Positions 8,563 to 18,346 of a stretch of DNA of 64,000 bases are shown here, piece by piece. The DNA lies in assembly GCA_038244085.1 (NCBI GenBank), contig JBBRTX010000006.1, positions 20,891-84,890 on the forward strand, read 5' to 3'. Numbering within the stretch: the stretch's first letter is position 1; every line of letters begins with the position of its first letter. The DNA comes from Bacteroidales bacterium (GTDB lineage: Bacteria; Bacteroidota; Bacteroidia; Bacteroidales; FEN-979). The notes below the pieces were generated by a model. The model had not been told where the DNA came from and did not search any database. It worked only from the letters and a program-made list of their open reading frames with translations. A program made the translations under genes and the position numbers.

Positions 8563-9444
8563 ATGGAATCTGTACCTATACTGATTATCGTCGGCATCTT
8601 AGTGCTGATTTTCTTCTCAGGAATACGCATTGTACGTCCCACACATCGCGGACTCATTGAGCGGTTGGGTAAATATCACCGTTTTGCTACTCCCGGTTTT
8701 AACTGGATTATCCCACTGATTGAAAATATGTATCAGGTGAATGTTACTGAAAAGATGATCAATGCCGAACCCCAGGAGATCATCACCAACGATAACCTGA
8801 ATGCCAAGGTGGATGCCCAGGTTTATTTCAGGATCAGGGCCGAGGAAGTAAGTGTTAAGTTCTCGCAATACAATGTAAACAATATTGAGTACCAGATTGT
8901 TAACCTGGCTCGTACTACACTTCGTAACATTATTGGCACGCTTACCCTGAAATCGGCCAACAGTGAACGCGGGAGGATCAATAAGGATCTTCATACCACG
9001 CTGCTTGAAGAAACCAGTCACTGGGGGGTAGAGATCATCCGTACCGAACTGAAAGAGATTGAACCTCCCAAAGACGTTCAGGAGACCATGAATAAAATCG
9101 TTAAAGCTGAGAATGAAAAGATTGCTGCTATCGATTTCGCAACGGCTACTGAAACCCGTGCCGACGGTGAGAAACGTGCCGAGATCCGCAGGGCTGAAGG
9201 AATTAAACAGGGTGCCATTCTTCGTGCTGAAGGAGAAGCCCAGGCCATTGCCCTGGTAAACGAAGCAGCTGAAAAATATTTTGTTGGTAATGCGCAGATT
9301 TTACGGAAGATTCAGGCCATGGAGACTGCCCTGAAGGAAAACGCTAAAATCGTCGTTCCTGCCGGATCCGACCTGGTCAATGTGCTGGGAGAGATGGCAG
9401 GTATTGTACCTCTGAAAACAAAAGATCCCAACGTTTCAATGTAG
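8563..9444 (+). CDS. SPFH/band-7 (stomatin/prohibitin-like) membrane protein
   Basis: N-terminal TM segment, then IVRPTHRGLIERLGKYHRFATPGFNWIIPLIE and an Ala/Glu-rich coiled C-terminus (RAEGEAQA), both typical of SPFH proteins. Confidence 0.8.
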   Translation: MESVPILIIVGILVLIFFSGIRIVRPTHRGLIERLGKYHRFATPGFNWIIPLIENMYQVNVTEKMINAEPQEIITNDNLNAKVDAQVYFRIRAEEVSVKFSQYNVNNIEYQIVNLARTTLRNIIGTLTLKSANSERGRINKDLHTTLLEETSHWGVEIIRTELKEIEPPKDVQETMNKIVKAENEKIAAIDFATATETRADGEKRAEIRRAEGIKQGAILRAEGEAQAIALVNEAAEKYFVGNAQILRKIQAMETALKENAKIVVPAGSDLVNVLGEMAGIVPLKTKDPNVSM

Positions 9445-9466
9445 CAAGGGTTCACGATCCGCGTGC

Positions 9467-9481
9467 GATGTTTACAGTAAA
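9467..9481. repeat. 15-bp palindrome TGTTTAC-A-GTAAACA
   Basis: Perfect inverted repeat 23 nt after the SPFH stop. It shares GTTTAC/GTAAAC arms with the 28-bp palindromes at 47420 and 47893. Confidence 0.6.
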
Positions 9482-9491
9482 CAGAAAATAT

Positions 9492-9516
9492 AAGGGCAGG
9501 TAATTAACCTGCCCTT
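9492..9516 (+). terminator. Terminator-like hairpin after the SPFH gene
   Basis: AAGGGCAGGT / ACCTGCCCTT 10-bp stem with a 5-nt loop. The downstream T-tract is weak (TATTCATTT). Confidence 0.5.
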
Positions 9517-9691
9517 ATTCATTTCCTCCAACGAATTCATTCCTCCCAACCCGAATTCCGTATGTTGTATGATATAGGATAAAAGAAATCTTTCAGATTT
9601 ATTATTTATTCACCTAAATGGAATTTTTTTTATTACATTGCACATCGTTTGGAGGTGTGTAGCTGTTAATGTAGTTTTTATATTCATAATC

Positions 9692-10765
9692 ATGAAAAGC
9701 ATTGTCTTTAAGAGGACACTTAACTTCGTGTTTCTCATTGTCATTGTATCAATCCTTTCATCCTGTGCCAAGTCCGTACCGGAAGTAGATAACTTTAGCC
9801 ATGTGGGATGGGCCGTGGGTGTTATGGAAAATAATGCAGGGACCATCCTTCATACCTTTAACAACGGATTGGATTGGGATAAGCAGCATACCACGCTGGC
9901 AGAGGGTGTCGACCTGTTTGGCGTTTCCGCTATATCTGAGAAGGAGGTCTGGGTAGTGGGAGGAAAAAAGGACGGCTTTGGAATGATTCTCAGAACGACT
10001 GACGGCGGAGTTACTTGGCAGCGGGTGGGAGATAAAAACATGATTCCCAATTTCTCGGTTTTCGGAATACAGGCTGTTACAGACCTGAAATTATGGGTTT
10101 GCGGTGACAGCGGGACCGTGATGAAAACCATGAATGGGGGTGGGGTCTGGACAAAAATGCCGGTTGATACGCTTTCCGGAACAAACACCCGTTTTTATTC
10201 AATCACCACTTCCGGGGAAGATAATATCTGGGTGATAGGGACAGAATCCGGTTCATCTGGTTCACAAGCTGTCATTATCCACAGTTCAAACGGTGGAGCA
10301 ACCTGGGAACGCCAGGGACAAGCTTTTGGAATTAGTTCGCATCTTTCGGATATCCAGGCTATTGATGATCTGACTGTCTTTGTTTCAGGGTGGGAGCATA
10401 TTTACCTGACCCATGACGGGGGTGTTACCTGGTCAACGTTATTAACTACTTATGCCAACGATATTGAAGGGATTTGTGTTACAGACGAAAACACGGTATG
10501 GGCCGCAGCTTCTAACAATTCAATCTATCATTCAAATGACATGGGTGCTACCTGGGATACCATTCATTCACCCTATCCCAATACATCATTTTACGGGATA
10601 ACCGGAATCGACAATTTACACGTCTGGGCAACGGGTGTTTCGGTTTCCGGCACTAGCCAGAGTATGCTTCTGTACACCCAAAACGCAGGCAAAACCTGGT
10701 TTTACGGAGAAAATGAATCAAGAGGCCGTATCAACAGGGTTTCATTTCCCGCTGCCGTCAAATAA
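9692..10765 (+). CDS. BNR/Ycf48-like beta-propeller lipoprotein
   Basis: Lipoprotein signal (VSILSSCAKS) and repeated GG.TW blades (GGVTWQRV, GGVWTKM, GGATWERQ, GGVTWSTL, MGATWDTI, AGKTWFY). Confidence 0.65.
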   Translation: MKSIVFKRTLNFVFLIVIVSILSSCAKSVPEVDNFSHVGWAVGVMENNAGTILHTFNNGLDWDKQHTTLAEGVDLFGVSAISEKEVWVVGGKKDGFGMILRTTDGGVTWQRVGDKNMIPNFSVFGIQAVTDLKLWVCGDSGTVMKTMNGGGVWTKMPVDTLSGTNTRFYSITTSGEDNIWVIGTESGSSGSQAVIIHSSNGGATWERQGQAFGISSHLSDIQAIDDLTVFVSGWEHIYLTHDGGVTWSTLLTTYANDIEGICVTDENTVWAAASNNSIYHSNDMGATWDTIHSPYPNTSFYGITGIDNLHVWATGVSVSGTSQSMLLYTQNAGKTWFYGENESRGRINRVSFPAAVK

Positions 10766-10773
10766 GCTCGGTT

Positions 10774-11220
10774 TCATTCACGGCCACGGTCAATCTCGCG
10801 CTGAACATCCTTATTCTTGAGGGTCTCCCGTTTATCGTAATGATGTTTTCCCCGGGCAAGCGATATCGTCAGCTTGGCAAGTCCTCTTTCATTGATGAAT
10901 AAAACGGTTGGAATGATGGTAAATCCTTTTTCCTTTACCTTGGTTTCGAGTTTGGTAAGTTCACGTTTGGAGAGTAAAAGTTTCCTGTCGCGCTTCGGTT
11001 CATGATTGTTGTAGGTTCCGAAAGTATATTCCGAGATATGCATATTGATAACGAAAAGTTCATTGTCGCGGAAAGTACAATAAGCATCCACAATACTGGC
11101 TTTCCCATCCCGGATTGATTTTATTTCGGTACCAGTCAGCTGTATCCCGGCTGTAATTTCCTGAATGAGGAAATATTCGAAACCGGCTCTTTTGTTCTTT
11201 ATATTGATCTTATTCTCCAT
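10774..11220 (-). CDS. smpB: SsrA-binding protein SmpB
   Basis: [35 protein letters not shown]...[12 protein letters not shown] and a basic C-terminal tail; 148 aa. Confidence 0.9.
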   Translation of the reverse strand: MENKINIKNKRAGFEYFLIQEITAGIQLTGTEIKSIRDGKASIVDAYCTFRDNELFVINMHISEYTFGTYNNHEPKRDRKLLLSKRELTKLETKVKEKGFTIIPTVLFINERGLAKLTISLARGKHHYDKRETLKNKDVQREIDRGRE

Positions 11221-11223
11221 TTG

Positions 11224-14040
11224 TCATTTTTTCTCCGGCATCAAAACCACTCTGACATAATGATCAGGATTGATGAGTGTTGAAGCGGTTTTCTGAAGAT
11301 CAGCCACGGTCAGAGCATTTACCCGATCTTTAAAGTTCAGGATGGTGGCAGGATCTGTTTTGTCATAATATACGGATTCGATTTTCGAAAGCCAGAAACT
11401 GTTCTTTTCAATATCAGTCTCTCTTGTACGGATCAGGTTCTCTTTTGCCTTTTGAAGATCAACTTCGGTAGGCCCGTTTTTCCTGATCTTTCCGATTTCC
11501 TTGAAAACAGCCTTGGTCAGCTTATCAGCCATCTGGGGAGAACAACCGAACATGATCATCATCTGGTAATTGGAATAGGGGAAATGGTCAGGACTCAGCT
11601 GGATCTGTGGTGAGTAAACCCCGCTGAGTTTCTCGCGGATTACTTCGATCATTTTAATAGAAATAATCTCCTTTATCATAGAAAGCTGAAGCAAAGTTGA
11701 CGAATTCCAGTCAATCGGTTCCGACATCACAATACCCACCATTGTTTGAGGATCTGTTCCTTTATTTACCGTAAGATTGGTCACACCAGTAGCAAATACG
11801 GGGTGAAGATCTTTCCAGGTTTCAACTCTCTTCGAACTGGGTAAGTTTCCAAAATATTTTACGATAGACGGGGTAATTGAATCAATGTTGAAATTGCCGA
11901 CAATCGTAAAAGTAAAATCGCTGGCATCGGCAAACCGGTCCTTATAAATGGAATAAATATCATCCAGGTTGACCTGTTTAATCTGTTCCACAGATGGGAT
12001 CATGATCATCCTTTTTGATCCGGGAAAAGCGACTTTATAGAGTGTGTCATAAAAAGTGTAGACAGGATTACTCTTGATGAATTTCAACTGGTTTTCCATC
12101 TGTGATTTGAACGCTTTGAAAGCGGTCGTATCTTTCCTGGGTGCATCAAAATAAAGATAAACCAGTTGCATCAGCGTTTCAAAATCTTTGGGTGAAGCAT
12201 TTCCAGTAAATCCTTCTTTCGCATCATCAATAAATGGAGAGATCTCAAGATTTTTCCCTTTCAATTTTTTCTGCAACTCGATGTTATCAAATTTCCCTGC
12301 ACCACTGAGGTCAATCACCTGTGTTGCAAACATGGCAGATGGAAACTTGTTATCCGGATAAAGAGAATTCCCTCCGGGACTGAAAGCAGAAACTAAGATC
12401 TCGTCATTTTTGAAGTTGGTGGACTTGAGGATTACCCTTACGCCATTGGATAAATCGAGTTCTGTGAACCCCATTTCGTTATTGACTTTCTTATTCACGA
12501 TTTTTCCTTCCGGAAGAACTTTGTCAACCAGGGGTTCTTCCCTGAAATTATCCACATAAGCCGTAAGTTGAGCAGTTTTCGAATCTTTAATGATTTTAAG
12601 GATATCCTCTTTCACCGGCACTTTTACCTGGTCCTTTTCGGGTGCCATCACCACCATGGCCATGTTGTCGTCGGTTACAAATTCGCCAGCCAGGGCATTG
12701 ATCTCTATAAGGTTGATCCCGGGCATCAGGTTTTTGGTGATTTTATATTCCTTCTGGGCGCCTGGAATGGGATCACTTGAAAGAAAATTTGCAACATAAT
12801 TGTTGGTGAGGCTCATTGATTCCGTCTTATCGGCTTCTTTCGCCATTTTCTCATACGTGCTCAGCATGTCCGCTTTTTGCCGGTCCAGCTCGGTCTGAGT
12901 AAAACCGAACCTTTTCACCCGCTCGTTTTCCGCCAGAACCAGCGTCAGCGTCTGATCAATCTGGTTCTCTTTGGGAACGGCCGTAACGAAATATGCATCT
13001 TTGGTCCTGACCAGGAATTGTCCATAATTGGAATTTGCAAAAATAAAGGGAGATTCCGGTTTCTGGGAAATTTCGGAAAGACGGTTATTCAGCATGCCGG
13101 TAAATAATTCGGACATGATATTCTGTCGAAAATCGCCCAGGTTTTTCTCAGGTCTCAACGGATGTTTGTAAAAGAATAAAACCACGTTATTCGTAGCCTC
13201 TTTATCGGTAACAATCGAAATGAGCGGGTCTGTATTGGCAGGAAGGTCATATACCTTGCGTTCTTTTTCATTTTCGGGATTAGTCAGGCCGGCAAAATGC
13301 GCTTTGATACGCGCTTCAACCTGGTCGGGGTTAATATCTCCAACTACGATAATGGCTTGCAGATCCGGACGATACCAATCATGATAGAACTGCCTGAGCG
13401 TTTCGTGTTTGAAATTTTCGATGACCTCTACTTTTCCGATGGGAATACGATCTGCATATTTTGAGTCTTTAAAAATCACCGGAAAAAACTTCTTCCGCAT
13501 CCTGTCCTGGGCGCCCAGTCCCAATCTCCATTCTTCTACAATGATTCCGCGTTCTTTGTCAATTTCTTTGCTGTCGAGCGTTGCATTGTGCGCCCAGTCT
13601 TCAAGCACCTGGTATCCTTTTTCCACCAGCAGCGAATCATCAGTGGGAAGCTGAAGCATATAAACGGTTTCGTCAAAGCTGGTATAAGCGTTAATATCTG
13701 CTCCGAATTTGACCCCGGTTTTCTGCAGAAAATCAATGAGTTCATTTTTTGGAAATGTCTTCGTACCATTAAAATTCATATGCTCCATGAAATGCGCCAA
13801 TCCCAGCTGATCATCATTCTCCAGTATCGAACCGGCATTAACCGCCAGCCGGAGTTCCACCCGTTTTTCCGGTTTACGGTTTTTTTGGATGTAGTAAGTC
13901 AAACCGTTACCCAGTTTCCCGATTCTTACATTGGGATCAACCGGAATGGGAGTGGTAAGGTCAATGGAAGAAGTTTGACCAAATAGTAAACCTGCCCCAA
14001 GGAAAAAGAGGGAAGCTGTAAGCAAAAAGACGTTTTTCAT
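11224..14040 (-). CDS. M16 (insulinase/pitrilysin) family zinc peptidase, secreted
   Basis: HxxEH inverted zinc motif (HFMEHMNFNGT) and a duplicated M16 architecture of about 940 aa. The start is placed at MKNVFLLTASLFFLGAGLLFGQ (signal peptide). Confidence 0.8.
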   Translation of the reverse strand: MKNVFLLTASLFFLGAGLLFGQTSSIDLTTPIPVDPNVRIGKLGNGLTYYIQKNRKPEKRVELRLAVNAGSILENDDQLGLAHFMEHMNFNGTKTFPKNELIDFLQKTGVKFGADINAYTSFDETVYMLQLPTDDSLLVEKGYQVLEDWAHNATLDSKEIDKERGIIVEEWRLGLGAQDRMRKKFFPVIFKDSKYADRIPIGKVEVIENFKHETLRQFYHDWYRPDLQAIIVVGDINPDQVEARIKAHFAGLTNPENEKERKVYDLPANTDPLISIVTDKEATNNVVLFFYKHPLRPEKNLGDFRQNIMSELFTGMLNNRLSEISQKPESPFIFANSNYGQFLVRTKDAYFVTAVPKENQIDQTLTLVLAENERVKRFGFTQTELDRQKADMLSTYEKMAKEADKTESMSLTNNYVANFLSSDPIPGAQKEYKITKNLMPGINLIEINALAGEFVTDDNMAMVVMAPEKDQVKVPVKEDILKIIKDSKTAQLTAYVDNFREEPLVDKVLPEGKIVNKKVNNEMGFTELDLSNGVRVILKSTNFKNDEILVSAFSPGGNSLYPDNKFPSAMFATQVIDLSGAGKFDNIELQKKLKGKNLEISPFIDDAKEGFTGNASPKDFETLMQLVYLYFDAPRKDTTAFKAFKSQMENQLKFIKSNPVYTFYDTLYKVAFPGSKRMIMIPSVEQIKQVNLDDIYSIYKDRFADASDFTFTIVGNFNIDSITPSIVKYFGNLPSSKRVETWKDLHPVFATGVTNLTVNKGTDPQTMVGIVMSEPIDWNSSTLLQLSMIKEIISIKMIEVIREKLSGVYSPQIQLSPDHFPYSNYQMMIMFGCSPQMADKLTKAVFKEIGKIRKNGPTEVDLQKAKENLIRTRETDIEKNSFWLSKIESVYYDKTDPATILNFKDRVNALTVADLQKTASTLINPDHYVRVVLMPEKK

Positions 14041-14105
14041 GTTGATGGATTTTATGCGATGCAATTTATAACATTTCTTCACCATACAAAAACTTTTCAT
14101 CCTGA

Positions 14106-16553
14106 TCAGATCCTGATATGAATCCCGACAAGGTAATTAACCAGAGCCTGAGGAAAATAACCGTTCATTTCTTTTGCGGCTCCACCCAGATAGTAACGGT
14201 AAACCCAGGCATTGGTCTCATATTTATTACTGAAAATATTATTGGCTTGCAGCGTGAACCCTATCTCATCGGCCCATGAGGTCCGGAAAGAAAAGGATGC
14301 CACTATGTTTTGGGTGAACCAGGCCTTCAGAATCCGTTCCTCGTTCGATGTGTTGTCTGTAAACTGTTTGCCGACATATCTTGACTGAAGGGTTAAATTC
14401 AATCCCTTGATTGGGATAAATGTAAACTCATTCATGGCAATCAGGGAAGGGGAGAATGACAGGTCAGTTTCACCCAGGTTTTTGCTGACCTGCCCGAGAA
14501 AGTTCCAGTCAGCATCATAATTGTCAACAAATTCTGTAAAATTGTTGATTTTATTGCGGCTGAAGGTCGCGTTGGCATTCCAGGTTAACCATTTTACAGG
14601 ATTTGCCCCGAGGCTGATTTCTATTCCGGCCCGGTAGCTTTCCGGAACGTTTGTCATGATAGCAGCACCGGTATTGTTAATCTCACCGGTTAGCACGAGT
14701 TGATCACGATAGTTCATGTAATAAAGGTTGACAGCACCCCTGAAATGGGAAAATGAAAGATCATACCCCAATTCATAATCATACAGCGTTTCACGGGTGG
14801 GCATATGTTGTGCATCGGCATCCTTGTAGTTGTCCCGGTTAGGTTCACGGTTGGCGATACCGAAGGAGAAATAGGCCTTTTGTTTTTCGTTGATATCTGC
14901 ATAGATCCCGGCCTTCGGATTAAAGAAGTTAAACTGATGGGTTTGATCCAGGATCGAAAGATCATCTTCCGTTCCTTTCATTTTATGATCTACATATCGG
15001 TACTGCATATCTCCGAAAAGATTTATTTTACCGAGCAGACGATAGGTCACCTTGGTGAAAACCGTAAAATCTTTTTTCTCGCCGGTGCTGTAATACCAGT
15101 TTCGGTCGTTGTTACCGTTCGAAGCAAATTCAGCCCAGATGATTTTACCGGAATGCCTTCCAAGATAATGGCTGTATGAGCCTCCAACCGTGATCTTCCA
15201 CTTGTCGCCGGAGTAATAATTTCCCGAAAATGTGACACCGGAAAAATCATTGTCGAGAATTTTCCTGTTGATCAAATCGGTAGAGGTGAGGGTATCACTT
15301 CCGGTTACCACGTTTTCCAGCCCATAAGCCGCAAAGGATTCTCCCTGTTTATAATTTTCATAATAACCATGACCATGGGTGTAGAAAAGGGCCGCATTGA
15401 GGTTGAGGTTTTTTGTGATCGTCTGCGAGAAGATCAGCTGGTAATGATCCTGGTTATAATTATCCGTCTGGTTGTTGTAGTATGCGATTTTCCCGTTTTT
15501 GTCGATGTATTCCCCGGAAGGATTATACGTACGGTTGGTGGTCAGCGAATCTTTTGGAACCCCCAACCATGCCTGGTAGGTTTTCTCATATCCCGATAAA
15601 ATATTGACCTTGACGGTGGTATTCTTTCCGAAATATCCTCCCGAAAGATAATAGGAACTTAACTTTGCTGAAGCGCGGTCGATATAACCCTCGGAGGTGA
15701 CAAAGGAAGCCCTGCCATCGAAAGAGAATCGGTTTTTGATCATGCCGGTTCCAAACCGGAAGGTGTTTTTGAAAGTGCTGAAAGATCCGACAGAACTATT
15801 GACTTCGCCATAAGGATCCTGGTTCAGAGCCTGGGTCTGTATGTTGACAGATGCGCCAAATGCACCGGAGCCGTTGGTGGAAGTCCCCACACCGCGCTGA
15901 ACCTGGATGTTCCCTGTCGAAGAGGCAATATCCGGCAGATCGACGAACCAGACACCCTGCGACTCTGCGTCATTCACCGGGATCCCGTTCATCGTTACAT
16001 TAATCCGGGTCAGGTCAGAACCGCGAATGCTGATCCCGGTATAGCCAATGCCGGTTCCGGCATCTGAAGTAACCAATACCGAGGGGGTGGATTGAAGAAT
16101 ATATGGCATATCTTTCCCAAGATTGAGCTCTTCAATTTTCTTTGCAGAAATATTTGTAAAGGTTGCTGGTGTGCGCGGCTGAGCCCTGGTTGCAATGATA
16201 TTGACCTCTTCTCCAAGAATGGCGGCATTTTCAAGCGCCACATCCACAATCGTATCTTTTGATAAACGGATTGTAGTGAGATAACGCTGGTATCCCATAA
16301 AACTGACCCTGACCGTGTGGACCCCGGAAGGAATCGAACGGATATGATAAATCCCGGCCCCATCTGTAAAAGCAGATAAAAAGGTGTTCTCCAGGGTGAT
16401 GTTGGCGCCGGCAAGCGGACTGCCGGTAACAGCATCTTTTACGACACCCGATAGCGAAACCTGCGCAGTAGCTGGCAATACCAATATCATGAAAAATGCG
16501 ACAGTCAATGAAAGCACCTTCCAGCAGAAAGTTGAAAAATGTTTGTTTTGCAT
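14106..16553 (-). CDS. TonB-dependent outer-membrane receptor (predicted thiamine/TPP-precursor uptake)
   Basis: N-terminal carboxypeptidase-regulatory-like domain (SGVVKDAVTGSPLAGANITLE), a plug domain, and a C-terminal beta-barrel ending with an aromatic-rich terminal strand. A TPP riboswitch sits directly upstream. The start is placed at the ATG (MQNKHF...) rather than the TTG at 16592. Confidence 0.8.
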   Translation of the reverse strand: MQNKHFSTFCWKVLSLTVAFFMILVLPATAQVSLSGVVKDAVTGSPLAGANITLENTFLSAFTDGAGIYHIRSIPSGVHTVRVSFMGYQRYLTTIRLSKDTIVDVALENAAILGEEVNIIATRAQPRTPATFTNISAKKIEELNLGKDMPYILQSTPSVLVTSDAGTGIGYTGISIRGSDLTRINVTMNGIPVNDAESQGVWFVDLPDIASSTGNIQVQRGVGTSTNGSGAFGASVNIQTQALNQDPYGEVNSSVGSFSTFKNTFRFGTGMIKNRFSFDGRASFVTSEGYIDRASAKLSSYYLSGGYFGKNTTVKVNILSGYEKTYQAWLGVPKDSLTTNRTYNPSGEYIDKNGKIAYYNNQTDNYNQDHYQLIFSQTITKNLNLNAALFYTHGHGYYENYKQGESFAAYGLENVVTGSDTLTSTDLINRKILDNDFSGVTFSGNYYSGDKWKITVGGSYSHYLGRHSGKIIWAEFASNGNNDRNWYYSTGEKKDFTVFTKVTYRLLGKINLFGDMQYRYVDHKMKGTEDDLSILDQTHQFNFFNPKAGIYADINEKQKAYFSFGIANREPNRDNYKDADAQHMPTRETLYDYELGYDLSFSHFRGAVNLYYMNYRDQLVLTGEINNTGAAIMTNVPESYRAGIEISLGANPVKWLTWNANATFSRNKINNFTEFVDNYDADWNFLGQVSKNLGETDLSFSPSLIAMNEFTFIPIKGLNLTLQSRYVGKQFTDNTSNEERILKAWFTQNIVASFSFRTSWADEIGFTLQANNIFSNKYETNAWVYRYYLGGAAKEMNGYFPQALVNYLVGIHIRI

Positions 16554-16614
16554 TGCGACTGATTTTAAAGGTTTATAAAGCTTTACAATCAATCAATAGA
16601 GGGAATTCTGAAGA

Positions 16615-16705
16615 GTAACGGTTGGTTCCTCCCTACGCCGGCATTACCCGGATCAGGTATTAAGAGTATAATCTCAGCCTTTAAATGGCACCCCTATTGG
16701 ATAGA
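16615..16705 (-). promoter_or_regulatory. TPP (THI-box) riboswitch
   Basis: The minus strand reads AAUAGGGGUGCCAUUUAAAGGCUGAGAUUAUACUCUUAAUACCUGAUCCGGGUAAUGCCGGCGUAGGGAGGAACC. This contains the GGGGUGC, CUGAGA, ACCUGAUC.GG.UAAUGCC.GCG.AGGGA signature of the TPP aptamer. Confidence 0.85.
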
Positions 16706-16710
16706 TTCAG

Positions 16711-16718
16711 CAAAGTTA
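16711..16718 (-). promoter_or_regulatory. -7 promoter box (TAACTTTG) driving the riboswitch and receptor
   Basis: TAnnTTTG on the minus strand, ending about 6 nt before the aptamer begins. Confidence 0.55.
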
Positions 16719-16754
16719 ATAGAAAAATGTGAGCATGCTTATTTTTCTCCTTAC

Positions 16755-16762
16755 TATCTTTG
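16755..16762 (+). promoter_or_regulatory. -7 promoter box (TATCTTTG) for aroQ
   Basis: TAnnTTTG, 40 nt upstream of the ATG at 16802. It overlaps the ORF-track TTG at 16760, so that start is rejected. Confidence 0.55.
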
Positions 16763-16801
16763 CAAATTGATCAGGAAAAAAATGAATTAAATCTGCCAAA
16801 A

Positions 16802-17224
16802 ATGAAGCTGCTCATTATCAACGGACCTAACCTTAACCTGGTCGGTGACAGGGAAACCGATATTTACGGAAGTGTTTCTTTTACGGCATACCTGAAAAAA
16901 CTCAGAAAGCTGTATCCTCATGTAAGCCTTGAATATTTTCAGAGTAACGTGGAAGGGGAGATAATAGATGCCATTCAGAAGGTGGGTTTTTTGTATCAGG
17001 GAATCATCCTGAATGCCGGAGGATATACTCACACTTCCGTGGCAATTGCTGATGCAGTGCGTGCCATCAAAGCACCAGTCATCGAGGTGCACATATCCAA
17101 TATCTTTTCAAGGGAATCTTTCCGTCACAATTCATTTATTGCGCCTTATGTAAAAGGAAGTATCATCGGATTCGGAATGGAATCCTATCGCCTGGCTGTA
17201 GAGAGTTTTGTAAAAGAAATCTGA
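16802..17224 (+). CDS. aroQ: Type II 3-dehydroquinate dehydratase
   Basis: MKLLIINGPNLNLVGDRETDIYGS and HISNIFSRESFRH motifs. Confidence 0.9.
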   Translation: MKLLIINGPNLNLVGDRETDIYGSVSFTAYLKKLRKLYPHVSLEYFQSNVEGEIIDAIQKVGFLYQGIILNAGGYTHTSVAIADAVRAIKAPVIEVHISNIFSRESFRHNSFIAPYVKGSIIGFGMESYRLAVESFVKEI

Positions 17225-18244
17225 TTATCTCCAGAACTTCTGCTGGTCGAAATCGGAGAACTTCTTCTTACCATGAAGGAAGTGTTCAAAAACGATATTT
17301 TTTCCATAAACATTCTTCATGTGCCGATGCTGCAAGAGATGCCGTTTTTTACGAGTCATTGAAAGGGAAGTGTAAAAACTGTAATGAGCTTTCATCACCG
17401 CAAAGAAATCCTTGAAGCCTGCAGTGAACAGGAAACGCATGGCTGCGATGCCGTCAAGCACCAATCTTTTTGCAAAGACCTCAAAAAGAAGCTCATCCGG
17501 GAGATTTTTATAAAGAAGATAGAAATTGTTACGGAAGTTGTAATAGGTCTTTCTCCAGGATACCTTAGGGAGGGTACCCCCGCCGATATGAAACACCGTT
17601 GACCCGGGACAGTACATCACTTTATATCCATTGTTCTGCAATCTCCAGCAAAAATCAATCTCTTCCATGTGGGCGAAAAAATCTGCATCCAGACCGCCCA
17701 TCTCATGAAATATCCGTGATTTTACAAACATACAGGCACCAGTAGCCCAAAAAATCTCGACTTCATCATCATATTGGCCATGGTCATCCTCGATTTCCTG
17801 AAAAATCCGGCCACGGCAAAACGGGTAGCCGTATTTATCCATGAAACCACCGGCAGCTCCGGCATACTCGAATTTTTCGGGTTCGGCAAACGACCGGATT
17901 TTCGGTTGGCATGCAGCGATCAGGGGATCGCGCTCCATTAGCCGGATGACGGGCATGATCCAGTTCGGAGTGACTTCGATATCTGAATTGAGTAAGACAT
18001 AATAATCGGCCTCAATCTGTTTCAGTGCAAGATTATATCCTTCGGCAAATCCTCCGTTCTTTGCATTTACAATCGTTCTGATTTGCGGGTAATGGGCCTT
18101 CAGAAAAGCCATGGAGTCATCTGTTGAAGCATTGTCTGCTACGATGATCTCTGCATCACCTTCGCTATGTTGTAATAATGAAGGAAGAAATCGTTCAAGG
18201 AATTTTCTTCCGTTCCAGTTAAGTATTACTACAGCAATATGCAC
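17225..18244 (-). CDS. Family 2 glycosyltransferase
   Basis: VVILNWNGRKFLERFLPSL...IIVADNASTDDS and a DxD-like LNSD, typical of the GT2 rhamnosyl/galactosyl-transferase type. Confidence 0.75.
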   Translation of the reverse strand: MHIAVVILNWNGRKFLERFLPSLLQHSEGDAEIIVADNASTDDSMAFLKAHYPQIRTIVNAKNGGFAEGYNLALKQIEADYYVLLNSDIEVTPNWIMPVIRLMERDPLIAACQPKIRSFAEPEKFEYAGAAGGFMDKYGYPFCRGRIFQEIEDDHGQYDDEVEIFWATGACMFVKSRIFHEMGGLDADFFAHMEEIDFCWRLQNNGYKVMYCPGSTVFHIGGGTLPKVSWRKTYYNFRNNFYLLYKNLPDELLFEVFAKRLVLDGIAAMRFLFTAGFKDFFAVMKAHYSFYTSLSMTRKKRHLLQHRHMKNVYGKNIVFEHFLHGKKKFSDFDQQKFWR

Positions 18245-18290
18245 GACAGGGGAGTGTTTTTGATTTATCCGTTTCGGGAAGTAAAAGTAA

Positions 18291-18323
18291 TAAAAATTCG
18301 TCCCGCATGGAAAATGCGGGACG
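18291..18323 (-). terminator. Intrinsic terminator after the GWxTD gene
   Basis: CGTCCCGCAT / ATGCGGGACG 10-bp stem (18299-18323) with a 5-nt loop, followed on the minus strand by AATTTTTA. Confidence 0.7.
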
Positions 18324-18346
18324 ATTGCCGGGATATTTTTTCTTCA

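Noticed and set aside
10774-11220. An ssrA (tmRNA) gene adjacent to smpB.
   Set aside because: The flanks are fully occupied by protein-coding sequence (9 nt and 3 nt gaps), so there is no room for it.
16553-16614. A terminator or sequestering helix in the TPP riboswitch expression platform (UUCCCUCU against AGGGAGGAA).
   Set aside because: By hand the pairing is poor, with mismatches after 3-4 bp. I cannot support a specific mechanism without folding software.
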